A DNA stretch of 64,000 nt from Naegleria gruberi (Eukaryota). The position numbers and the translations under genes are program-made. Under the pieces are notes generated by a model. That model was not told the origin of the DNA. It saw nothing but the letters and a program-made list of their open reading frames with translations, and ran no database searches. Below, one piece after another: positions 1-11,597 of the stretch; within the stretch, counting starts at the first letter, position 1; the number at the start of each line of letters is the position of its first letter. Where the stretch lies: the NCBI GenBank assembly GCA_000004985.1, contig GG738846.1. One strand, given 5' to 3'.

Positions 1-1150
1 TCAATAGATAATAAACAATTGGTCCAATAAATAAGCCTAAAATAAACCATAACCCTGAGATTAGCTTTACCCTATTTTTCAACTTATACCTAGTGTCTCG
101 TTGTTGGGTAATGAGTAAATTAATCTTGTTAAAGTATTTTCTAATGAGCGTTTGGATTTGATTTTCTTTGAACGAACTCTCCAGATTCTTAATCTTTAAA
201 TCTAATTGAGAAAAAGTTGATTTGAGTTGAGTCAACTCATTTTTCAGTTTCACCAAGTTGTAAGAATGATCTATTAAATTGGCAGGATTAACATCTTGGA
301 TGGCACTCTTTGTTGAGTAGTATGAATTTTCACTGGTATTGTCAGAGTGATAATCCTCTATTTCATCTTCATGCTCCACAACATGTGAATACTCGCTTGG
401 TTCTATGATTTTTACGTTTTTAGTATCTGATTTTTCCACGACCGGGGTCTCCACAACTTTCCTAGTGCTGACATAGGCATCACTATTCTTTAAAAACTGT
501 TTTGCAATTTCGAACCATTCACTCAATTTTACATCAGCTAAAGATTTCATGTAATTTTCAATTTTTTCCTTCAAACCCCACATTAACATGTTACTATTGA
601 ATGTACAAATGACATTACCATAAATAATCATACTGTGGTCATTGTATTGTTTGATGGTATATTCTAAATTAGTTTTAGATTTATCTTTCAAATAACTATC
701 CAAAATATCAATATCTACAAATAATTGGCACTTATTTTTGTACAGTATTAGTAATTCCTTAACTCTACATGGCAATTTTGAAGGTATTCCTAGATATGAA
801 ATAAAACTTGGTACATTGATTGCTTGATCATACTCAGTCACTCTCTTTAATTCATAAGTTTTACAAGTTGGATTTTGTTCCATATAATCTATCAATTCTG
901 TATAATTAGAAATAACAGTTTCATCAATGCTCCATTTTTGTGTTACTCTTAAATTACAATTATTTTGAATTTCATGATATTTTAATAAAAAATCATTGTT
1001 AAATATTACACTATCCATTATTTGACATAAATTCTTTTCAACAATAATTTGATGATCAGCTTGTTTTGAATCTCTCTGACTATCATCATGTTCCGACATG
1101 TCTAATGAAGAGGTTGGTTGTCGTTCATTATAGAAGAGGCTTTGTGTCAT
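1..1150 (-). CDS. Tail-anchored coiled-coil membrane protein; single exon; C-terminus runs off the left window edge (partial)
   Basis: Hand translation of the minus strand from ATG (rc of 1148-1150) gives an uninterrupted frame down to position 1: MTQSLFYNERQPTSSLDMSEHDD...NELTQLKSTFSQLDLKIKNLESSFKENQIQTLIRKYFNKINLLITQQRDTRYKLKNRVKLISGLWFILGLFIGPIVYYLL. A hydrophobic C-terminal segment follows a coiled coil, which suggests a SNARE/Sec20-like tail anchor. It is absent from the ORF track because there is no stop inside the window. Confidence 0.5.
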   Translation of the reverse strand, partial: MTQSLFYNERQPTSSLDMSEHDDSQRDSKQADHQIIVEKNLCQIMDSVIFNNDFLLKYHEIQNNCNLRVTQKWSIDETVISNYTELIDYMEQNPTCKTYELKRVTEYDQAINVPSFISYLGIPSKLPCRVKELLILYKNKCQLFVDIDILDSYLKDKSKTNLEYTIKQYNDHSMIIYGNVICTFNSNMLMWGLKEKIENYMKSLADVKLSEWFEIAKQFLKNSDAYVSTRKVVETPVVEKSDTKNVKIIEPSEYSHVVEHEDEIEDYHSDNTSENSYYSTKSAIQDVNPANLIDHSYNLVKLKNELTQLKSTFSQLDLKIKNLESSFKENQIQTLIRKYFNKINLLITQQRDTRYKLKNRVKLISGLWFILGLFIGPIVYYLL

Positions 1151-1423
1151 TTTTATTGTTGTGTTGGTTGGGTGAGAATCTTTTGGTAGAATGACATTCA
1201 AAAAAAACTGATCAATAACAATAAATATTAAACGAAATACGTTATTGTTCTCATCATCATTTGTGAAATTATTATCGGAACATATTAATATTACCTCATC
1301 AATTATCATATTCAATTCCCTCTCTATAATATGTTGCATTTAAAAATATCATGATATAGAACCTGGTATTTTAGGTGAGGTTATGATGATGTTTTTTGTA
1401 GTTCAAAACAGCGCCAAAAAAAA

Positions 1424-4400
1424 ATGAATAGACTCCTCAGTACCTCTCACCAAAGCTCTGAGGCAGATTTAAATTTTGAAATCGGAACCCTCATTGATAA
1501 GGTGGCAACAGCACACTCCCGTTCTAAACAACGTAGTAATTCTGTAACAAAACCAAGGAAGATTAAATTGGCTGAGCCTGTGGAAGCTGCTATTGATAAA
1601 CAAGTAGAGGAGGATTTATTTACCTATCCATTCATATCGTATGTATTTAGTGATACATATTTTATTGGAATATTTATATTGATTTAATAGTAATGATCCA
1701 GCTAGTAATTTAGAAGATGATCAACTTCAGAGAAAATATCCAGTCACCAACTTGAATGCTGAAATAAGATTGAAAAAACAAAAGGAACTTGTAGAGAAAA
1801 TCAGTTTTTCTGAGCACAAATACCAATCCATCTTTGCTTCCTCCTTTCCCCTTAAACCTCTAATTCCATTTTTCAAGTATCTTGTCTCTCCAGTGAAGGG
1901 AAATTATCTTCCTGACCAACATAATATTGTCACAAAGTCTAAATTGCGAATATCATTACCGTACACAGTCGTTTTTGGAATTTCTGAAAGTCCAGTGTTG
2001 TACTATACAGATGTAGATGGTTATGTTGTAAGGGTTGATAATGTAGCCTTCAAGACGATAAAACAAAAACTAACTTATGGAACTACCTCAGATTCTGACG
2101 TGGCTGTTGTCATGAAAAGAGTAAGTATTACTGGAATTAGATAACTAATCTATTTAGTTGGTTCCTGGTGAAGTTACTACCAATGTTGCCTCTCTACTGA
2201 GTGTTAAGCAATTATTAACAATTTTGGATGCTCAAAATACTGGACTCTGTGTTTTCCAAAGATATGTAAAATCGAGTGGAAGCAAAGCATCAGTTGCCAG
2301 GATTATTTGGAATTCAACTAGACCTGTCTCTGGATATGTTCTTTCAAACAAAAAGACCACAACAGATCCATTTGAAAAAGAGGCAACAAATAGGCTATTA
2401 ACAAATACAGATAATGCAAATAATATTGATATTTTCCAATTGAAAGCAGCAGCTTTAGGAAGTATAGGAGTTCAAATGAACAATATTGTAAAATATTTGG
2501 AAAGTTTACCAAAACTTAAATGTAAATTCGAAACATTTGCTGCAGATTTTATCAGAGACGATGATGGGAGGTATTGGTTTATCCAAGCCAAAGCATTTAC
2601 AATTGAGGAAAAAAAGATCAAAAAACCAAGTTCGGAAGAGGAAATTCCAGAGGAAAGAAATATCAAAGCAAAATCATACTATCTCAAAAGTAAAGAGTGC
2701 AAAATGTGTCTCAATCTGTTCCCTCCCACTGATTTGAGTTATTCCATGACTCTAAAGATGATTTATGCTACTGAACAACACTTGAAGAGAAGAGCTGTAA
2801 AATTAGCTTGGTTTGATAGACCTGAATTTAAAGGAACATCAGAAACTTCAAGCTGGTACCAGGAGTTTAAGGTTTGCAAACCATGTTTTGACATGTACTT
2901 ACAAGAGCAAAAGCTTGCCAAAGTTGAGCTCCAGTTTGCAAAGGCAATTGGTATTCCAGTAACTAAGAAAATTAATGACGATGCTTCAATTTTGGAATCA
3001 TTACAGCATAGGTTGTCGAATCAAAAGAGGCTTAATTGCGATACAAAGGAAATGCCAAAAAGTTTATTAATGTACAGATTTATTGTTTACTTGAATGGTA
3101 TGTTGTTTCCCTATTTATTATTCATTTTTGTAATTTCAGAGGTCAGAAATGTTCCAGATAATTTATTAGCAGCTAAGAAAGTTCAACTTAAGGTAAAACT
3201 ATTTGATACTGAATTATGTGTTCCTTTGAAAATGGAAGATGTGGATCCAAAGAAGAAGATTGCAGTTGGAAAATTGAGGGTATTCTACTTTTTCATTAAG
3301 AATCAGACACAATTCAGAGTCTTTCTGAAGAACCAAAGAGACATCAAGGTTGATCTTTGTGTAAATGGAAATGAAGTAATTGGAAAGGCAGTTCTAAATT
3401 TGAAACAATTCGAGAGTGGGTTATTGGACAAGTTGGATTACATGGTCCTTTTTTCTGCTACTGGACTTAAACTTTGTTCCTTGAGAGCAACTATTGGATT
3501 TGTGCAAATGAGTAATAAGGACATTACAAATCTCAAATTGACAGAGTGCAATTCAGGTGTATATATTCCTCCAGCTGATTTTTATACCGCAGATCCTTTG
3601 CCAGACGAGTGGATGGAAATGATTCCAACCCTAAAAACCACAAGAGAGGGAGCAAGAGAGATTGATGAATCAAACAAGAGAGATAGACCACAATCAGCAA
3701 GAACTATGGTTCCAAAACTTGCCACATCCACAATTGAAAGAAGGCCATTCTCAGCCACTCTTCAGAAACGACCAACAACGCCTTCTCAAACTCTCACTAG
3801 AAGAGCAGCCATGAGTGCAACTCCAAGAAATACTTCTTCAACACCTTCCTACGCCAAATCTATCGGAAATTTGAAAAAGAGGCCAGCATCCCACAGTGGA
3901 CAAAGACAAGTTTATAATGGTTCTCAAGTGAGTGACTACTATGATTACACTTCATCAACCTTAACATCAGACCTCAATACCATAACATGGGATGAAAGAG
4001 ATACAAACACAAAGAAACCAACTGGAATTGATGCCTTCTTGGGTAATGTCACTTTTGGAACAGATAACACACCCGAAGTTTACAGGCCAGCCTCAGAGGC
4101 AAGAATGCATTTTGCTCATGATGAGCTTATTTGGGAATGGTCAATTAACCAGTTTACTGTTAAGGATCTCAAATCATCGGTTGACGAATGCTGGATATTA
4201 ACCATAGATATTTTTGGTGTGATGAAAAAGGAATACGAAAGTTTCCAAATTTTTAACGAAGGTCCACTAGTATTTGATATTGAAGATAAGGTTTTCTTGT
4301 CAGCCTCTCGAGACAACCTTAGCAGCTACTTTGACAAGGAAAGGATAATGAAAATAACCTTAAAACAAAAATATGTTAATAGAAATGAAATGGTTGCATT

Positions 4401-4710
4401 GTTTGATTTGAGGCAATTATTGAAAAGAGAGAATGCTCAAATCTTTTTGGAGGCTGCTATTACAGATGCTTCTCATGCAGAAGAGATTAGGTGTGGAATT
4501 GTTGGAGAGGATAGTGATCAAGAAAGTGATGATGAGGAGGAGAAATTAAGCAGAGATGAGATGAAGCTTGGTACGATTTCAACCTATTGCAGTTATACCA
4601 AGATGGCCAAGACGAATGATGTGGCAACTGAAAATGTTGAAGTCTTCCAAATTGAGGAGTATAGTATCACTTGCTTTAAAACTGTACCTGACTGGTTTGA
4701 GAAGAAATAG
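1424..4710 (+). CDS. Large protein (~1060 aa) with a possible divergent tubulin-tyrosine-ligase-like (ATP-grasp) segment; 3 exons: join(1424..1638,1691..2120,2158..4710)
   Basis: Three track ORFs in different frames are joined by GTATGT...TAG (52 nt) and GTAAGT...TAG (37 nt) introns with consistent phases. Motif CVFQRYV...KFETFAADFIRDDDGRYWFIQAKAF resembles the TTL C-terminal signature FELFGFDxxxDxxxxPWLLEVN. The functional call is weak. Confidence 0.55.
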
Positions 4711-4714
4711 TTTA

Positions 4715-5938
4715 TTATTTCTTCAACATTGAGACAACAACCTTGAGAGTTTCTATTGAATTAGGTTTCAATTGAAGTGTTCCGGGTGATGGATTTTTAA
4801 ACAGGTACAGAAATACCATGCCATTAATACCATTATTCTTCAACTTTTCCAACTCTCCTACATCAAACAGATTTCCAATAGCACTCGTCAATAAATTATG
4901 CAAACTTTCTGGATTGAGACGACGTATTTCTGCTTCTTGTTTTTCAGAAAAAAACATTAGTCCTGGTGGCGTTCTAAGATTTTGAACGGCAAGGTTTAAC
5001 GTAATCATTGTACCTTGTTGTAAATTGAAAGGATTCAATTGTAATCCATCATGTTCAAACCAAGAAAGGAATTCTGATCCAGAGACGTTATTAAATCTAA
5101 GCTTTTCCAATTCTCCACAACTCAAAATATCTCCAACAGCCTTGTCAAGTGTTGATACTAGTTTTTCTGCATTCATCATTGACAGTTCAGCTTTAGAAAA
5201 GTTTGACATGTAGCTAGGATCACTCTTCTTGTCAGCTTCATTGTCAATTTGAGTGAGATCCGTTTCATTCACTTCTAATATTGTATTTGAATCCTTTTCT
5301 ACTTCTTTATATTTTTGTGAATTGCAACAGTGTAATTGTAGTCTCCCTAGTAGGCTAGAAATATGACATTCAAAATACTCTACATAGGATGGAATTTCGT
5401 GATTTAGTAGTGTGACATGTTCCGATTTGGGTAATGTATATCTCATATCTTCGTCTGTTAAATTTTTACAATCTATTAATTTCCTCTCATTTATCTTTTG
5501 ACTTGGAACTATATAATTCGTTATTGAAATCTTATATATTTTAACTTTAATTATTCCACACATTGGAGGAACAGTTTTTGTCAACATGTCATCCCACCAA
5601 AATACCAGAGGAAATGATTTATCATTATCAATAATTGAACAAAATACTCTCTTTCCATTTGGAGGAACAAATTGTGTCATTGATTCCTTTACTTCCTTTC
5701 CATTAATATTAAATATAAATATCAAATTTTCATGAGGTAAATTATTTTCCACCAATACACCAAATCTTTTAAGTTTGGATCTATCCTCATCATCCACAAC
5801 TTTACAAAAATATACTTCCTCTCCCGGCCGTTTTGTATGTTCCAATACTTCCCACGTGCGTACATCATCATCCGATCGTTCATCATTTAAATCTTTGACC
5901 ACAACACGTGCCGAGTACATTTCCGAAGCCATCATCAT
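4715..5938 (-). CDS. Hypothetical protein, 407 aa, single exon
   Basis: Long minus-strand ORF starting MMMASEMYSARVVVKDLNDE with an A-rich context upstream of the ATG. I recognise no domain. Its stop lies 4 bp from the stop of the convergent upstream gene. Confidence 0.5.
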   Translation of the reverse strand: MMMASEMYSARVVVKDLNDERSDDDVRTWEVLEHTKRPGEEVYFCKVVDDEDRSKLKRFGVLVENNLPHENLIFIFNINGKEVKESMTQFVPPNGKRVFCSIIDNDKSFPLVFWWDDMLTKTVPPMCGIIKVKIYKISITNYIVPSQKINERKLIDCKNLTDEDMRYTLPKSEHVTLLNHEIPSYVEYFECHISSLLGRLQLHCCNSQKYKEVEKDSNTILEVNETDLTQIDNEADKKSDPSYMSNFSKAELSMMNAEKLVSTLDKAVGDILSCGELEKLRFNNVSGSEFLSWFEHDGLQLNPFNLQQGTMITLNLAVQNLRTPPGLMFFSEKQEAEIRRLNPESLHNLLTSAIGNLFDVGELEKLKNNGINGMVFLYLFKNPSPGTLQLKPNSIETLKVVVSMLKK

Positions 5939-6086
5939 TTTTTTTTCAATTTTTATAATTTTATTCTAAGAGTAAATTCCATTTTTTTCCACTGTAGAAA
6001 AATGCTTGTTTTCTCTTTTTACATCGAACATTTATTGAAATTTACAACATGAATTCCTGACACAGAATATTGCCATCAACAACTTG

Positions 6087-9000
6087 TTAAACCTTCTTTG
6101 ATCTTAATAATAATTGATCAAAACTCATTCTAGGAGCTCTATCTTCTTCATCCTCTTCCTTGATTGAAGATGTGTTTTGAGGTGGTCGAAGAAGTAAAGC
6201 TGATGAGGATGGTCGATTATTTCCATTATTATTATTATTACTTGTAGTCGGTGATGTATGTGGTACCACTAAGGAAATTGGTGGAGAATTTGGAGAAACA
6301 ACAATTTGAGGATCTGTGAAAACATCCCTATCCAAGTTGACCACTATTTCCTCTTCACTGAGAACTATTTGAGAAGTATTAGATGGTGTTGTAGCATTAT
6401 TAGACTTTTCCTTGTTGTAATTTTTCAAAAGAGTTTGATATCTACATCTCTTTCCACATATTATTAAAACATCCATCGAGTGCAACACTGTTGAAAGGGA
6501 CGGATTGGTGTAGGTATATCTGTGTTGCTCCTCTTTTGATTTGTTCATCCGACTTAGAGCCATCAAGATCAAGCCATGCTCATAAAAGTTAGATATCATG
6601 TCAAATACTGTCGATCCAACATAAATGGCATGGACTGGTACTTCAAACAGAACTGATTGATTGTCTCCAGCTACAAATTCATCAGCAATTAATTGATCCA
6701 AGAGTTCAGTAATTCTCTTATTATAGAACGATTGAGCCAAAATTCTTGAAAGGAAGGAAGAAGATGGGAAAATCTTTCCAGAAATATACAAATCAGAAAA
6801 TAAACAAAATCTATCAAATTCATCCAAGTTATGTTCAATAATTCCTCTTTCTTGCAGTGTCATAATTTTTTCATAAGTGGAAACGCCATCGTGTTGAATA
6901 AATTTCAAATTGGAACGATTACACAATTCAATCATGAAAAACTTGTTAGAATCGATAAAATCAATAGATAGTGCTAGCTTAATGGCCTCTGAATCGATAT
7001 TATAATCATTCTGTTCTTGATCTACTGCTTCCTCAGTAATATTATTCTCAATATTGACTAATTTTTCCTCCTGAGTAATGTAGAGGATGGATTTAGAAAG
7101 GTGAGCTCCTGCTTTTCTCAAATCAAAACTTTTTGATGGATTACCACTAATAAAGTACACATTGGAAAAGAATTTGAGCCTTTCATATAAAAAAACAAAG
7201 TACTTGTCAACAAATGGACTCATAAATACTATTTGAGTGAAATAATTTTGTCTTGATAGAGATCTAATGATAGAACAAATGATGGCAGGTTGTTGAAATT
7301 CTCCAATGATTAGAATGTGATCTCTAATGAGAGTAGGGATTCTATAGTTCGTAATTAAAAAGTCTTCCTTTGAACGAGGGATATTGGACACTAGATTATA
7401 GGTCTTTTGAACTTCTGAATAAAATTCACCTTCGAGACGTTTTCGTTCTTCTGGTTTTTTCTGTTTGATAGCTTTTAGTAGGCATCTCTTTTGTAAAAAG
7501 TAAAACTCTGGTGAAATAAGCTTTAGCAGAATCTCCATGTGTAGTGTGCTCAATTCTTCCTCTGATGGTTCATCATGTTTGTCTCTCAAGAGGTAAATGT
7601 CAGCTTTTCTTGATTCTGAGCTGATACTCTTTCTACGAGTACGTGTTGCATTTGCTGCCATCAATAACTTGTTAGGAAGAGTCTTCTTTTCTACAACCTT
7701 CTTTCTATGTTTTTCAGAGATTTTCATTACTTCCTTATTTTCATTTTTGTGAATGCCTTCAAAATCCATCTGCTCCTTAGCCAGATAATCAGCATAGTTT
7801 GGATCATAGAATTCGTCACCCAATTCTTCAATGATTTTTTGGGAATTGTAAATGAAGGGTTTTGCAGTTTTTAGTTTCTTTGTGGTTTTGATCTCTTCAT
7901 CTTCAGAGGATTGGTAATTTGATACTTCCTTTGCATGTTTATGACTTTTGGCAATACAAAAACATCTATCTCCTTCCTTGATTAAATAATTTGTTGGATT
8001 GACTAATATATTTCCATTTACATCCTCCACAGCAAAAATATTAACCTCTGACTTGGTAATCAACAAGAAAGCAGCATCAATAAACAAGCTATTATAAAAA
8101 GCAGGACTAAAATCAACTCTATAAATTTGGCAATTTAGACCTTCAGAGTATTCTAGAATCCACTTATTTTCAATGTATAAATTATCATAAAAATTCTTGG
8201 AACCGTTGGTGATCTCTACAGCACTCATAATATTAAACAGAAATGTTCCAATTCCTGACGAGACAGCGGAAGCTGACAAAACTTTTGAACTGATGGATTC
8301 ATTGCAGACGATAACTTTGGCACCAGCCTTGATCAAATATGGTTTCGATTCTACCAAGTTGATTTGGGCAAATACTTTCAAATTCTTATTGAAATTTCTT
8401 AAAGCTAAGATATGATTTATATAGAAAATGTAAATTGACTACTTACCGATTGTGGTCATTATTATGCTATTGTCTTGTTTTCTAGGATGCCCAATCTTTG
8501 GACTATTCAACAAGATAACTGAATGAGCTGTTGGTATCTCTAATAGTTGCATAATATCAAAATCCATAATGTCACCAGTATAAATGTAAATGTAGGATCG
8601 ATAATTGTTTTTCCTCAATGATTCTCTCAATTGTTCAGAAAGTTCCTTATTCTTGAAAACGCCTATTTTCATTCCAATAATTAGTGAGAATAACTTTCAA
8701 CTTACAAATCAGTTTCTTTGTTTTTTTCTTATTGAATTTGTGAAAGAAATGTTTGATAAAATCCACAACTTCATCATGACGAGCACTGCCCGACACTACA
8801 ACATGCTTTTTAAGAATTAAATTTTTCACCTTGAAAATGTTATCTTCACTGGTGATAATATCATAAATTCCACTCAACTGAAGTGGTATTAGTGAAACAC
8901 CAACCAAAAAGAAGAGAATAACAGCGTATCTAGAAACTGGATTGGATGGTGACTACAACAAGTGTTATCCACAACTAAAATTGAATAAAAACCTACAATA

Positions 9001-10181
9001 TCACCATAACCAATTGTAAAGAGTGTAATTACAATAAAATATAAACAATCGTGGAAGTAAATATCCTTATCTGAAAAGAATGCTTCACACCACTGAAAAA
9101 TTCCTGAAAAGAGTATCAGTAAACAAATTACAGTCAATCCCAATTCAATAACCTTAGCAGCAACAGAGTTAATATCACCCTTTCGAGAAATCTTCTTCAC
9201 CAAAGGAATTACTCTCAACAATCTCAATACTCTCAGTAAACCAACCAATGCATATGTATTTCCTTCCAACCATTCATTACGTTTAAAAGAAACAACAATG
9301 AGCACAAAGGAAGGAATTACCGTAACATAGTCCAAAATTGATAATGGATTAATGAAATAAGTGAGTCTGAATAATTATTCCAATAATTCCAAATTATCAT
9401 CAATTAAATATTACAATTCTTAATTAAATTAACACACATACTTTTCCTTTGAAAGAAAAAAATTAATCACAAAAAACAAAATGAAAAAGGCAATAAAAAC
9501 CAAATCCAAAATACTCAATGATACCAAACGACTTTCAATGTCAATCTGAATATAAGATGCTGCAATATATTCTGCAGCAGAAAGTACAGACAAGAGAGTT
9601 TGAAATAATTCCAATTCCAATTGTACTCCACCCAATCGTTTCTTTATGATATTCTTTCTAGATTTTTTCCATTCAAAAGTACGATTATTACCTATTTTCT
9701 CATTCTGTAGCACAGACTATTTAAGGTTTCATGAATAAAATTCATACTAGATACTCACTTTGTGCACGGCACTATTACTGAACATTTTTTGCATATATCC
9801 CATCATTTGAGAATTGGATACATTTCCATCACTATCAGCAAATGTTATGTGATTGTGTTTTTCTGTTATTAATGTTGGGGTCATGTTATTATCATTGGCA
9901 GTAATAGTAGACTGTTTATGTTGTTGTTGAATAGACGAAGAGAGAGGATCGGAATTTAGAGTTTGTTTGTTTTTATAATGATGATGATGATGATTATTTA
10001 TATGTACAATATCGTGTTGTGGTTGATGATGCGAGAGAGGTGATGAAGGTGGACTCTGTGAAGATGAGCTTGACGTTATTTGATATCTTTCAATAACCAC
10101 CTCCTCTTTAACTTTCTCAATATTATCCAAATCCTCTGTTGATGATCCTAAACAGAGTTGACTCATTTTTTTAGTATCCAT
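6087..10181 (-). CDS. BK/Slo-like K+ channel with TIGYGD selectivity filter and RCK domains, 6 exons: complement(join(6087..8404,8447..8662,8706..8952,8997..9366,9442..9716,9759..10181))
   Basis: Five minus-strand ORFs are stitched by short introns (42, 75, 44, 43, 42 nt) with donors GTGAGT/GTATGT/GTAGGT/GTAAGT/GTAAGT and AG acceptors, and all phases are consistent. The joined protein reads ...TIGYGDISPSNPVSRYAVILFFLVGVSLIPLQLSGIYDII...KKHVVVSGSARHDEVVDFIKHFF... (S6 then RCK1), followed by a long RCK region in the 6087..8404 exon. The N-terminal exon is His/Ser/Gln-rich. The exon 3/4 junction (8997/8952) is the least certain. Confidence 0.7.
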
Positions 10182-10472
10182 TCTCTATTTGAAAACTATG
10201 GTCTCCACTCTCTAATAATATTAAACAAGGGATGATCCTTGTTTAATGTGAACGTTGAAACAGAACATTAGAAGGAACATGGAGAGAGAAAATGAGTATT
10301 AGAATTTTCAATATTTCAAAAGTCCTCTTTCAGACCAGTGATGTTACAATGAGGTGAACAACAAGCTCCAGCCACACCTTGAACAAACAATTTAATTGAC
10401 AAGAAAAGAGATTATGATTGAGATTTCAAATAGATTTTCAATAATTTAAAAAATTAAATTTCTAAAAAAAAA

Positions 10473-11564
10473 ATGTCCGTTACAATCAAATCAACAAGTA
10501 AATGTTTTGGTGGCTTAATTTTGGAGTGTACTCACACTGCTTCTACTGTTCAATGCCAAATGAATTTTCATATTTATAAACCACCAAAGGCATGTTTGGG
10601 TGAAAAGGTTCCTATTGTTGTCTTCTTGTCTGGATTGACTTGTAATGATACTAATTTTATTTTCAAAGCTGGAGCCATGTCCATTGCTTCACAATTGGGA
10701 TTAGCACTTGTATGTCCAGATACAAGTCCAAGAGGTTCTGATGTTGCTTCATCGGATAGTTGGGATTTTGGTCAAGGTGCAGGTAAGAGACAACAAAAAC
10801 ATTTCCGAATTTTAATTTTATATTTGTTTTATATATTTTAATAATGATTATGATGATGAAATGTGTAATGATCATGAAATCAATTGATTCACAATTCTAA
10901 ATATATATATATAGGATTTTATTTAAATGCTACACAAGAACCATGGGCTAAACATTTTAGAATGTATGATTACATTGTCAAGGAGTTGCCTTCTGTTTTG
11001 ATTGAAAATTTTGCAAAGGGTGAAAATGCTTGGCTCTTATTGGATAAGGAAGATCAATTACGTCAAAGTATTTTCGGTCATAGTATGGGGTATGTCAATA
11101 GTGTGTGAATTATTATTTAAATATATTATTTCAAAATATTATTTAGAGGATTGGGAGCTTTAGTTGTTTATTTACGTAATTTGGAATTGTATCATAGTTG
11201 TTCTGCCTTTGCTCCAATTAGTAATCCAACAGATGCTGAATGTGCATGGGGACAAAAGGCTCTCAAGGGTTATTTGGGAGACTCAGAAGAAGCTCGTTCT
11301 ACATTGTGGGTTCAACATGATCCAAGTGTACTTTTGAGTAATTTGACAAATGTTAGTTTGGTGAAGGAAATCTTGGTTGACCAAGGTAGTGAAGACAAAT
11401 TCTTACACTCTAAACAATTGCAAGTTGACAAGTTGGAATCTGCTGCCAAGAAGGTTGGAGCTTCACTCACCTTAAGAATGCAAGAAGGTTATGATCACAG
11501 TTATTACTTTATTCAATCCTTTGTTAAGGATCACCTTGAACATCATGCTAAATTTTTGAATTAA
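10473..11564 (+). CDS. S-formylglutathione hydrolase / esterase D; 3 exons: join(10473..10782,10915..11089,11147..11564)
   Basis: Collinear with esterase D throughout: KCFGGL...VVFLSGLTCNDTNFIFKAG...PDTSPRG...SWDFGQGAG | FYLNATQEPW...FGHSMG | GLGALV...QEGYDHSYYFIQSFV...HHAKFLN. Introns are GTAAGA...ATAG and GTATGT...TTAG with consistent phases. Confidence 0.85.
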
Positions 11565-11597
11565 ATTATGGAAATATTTAGAATTAATATGTTAATT

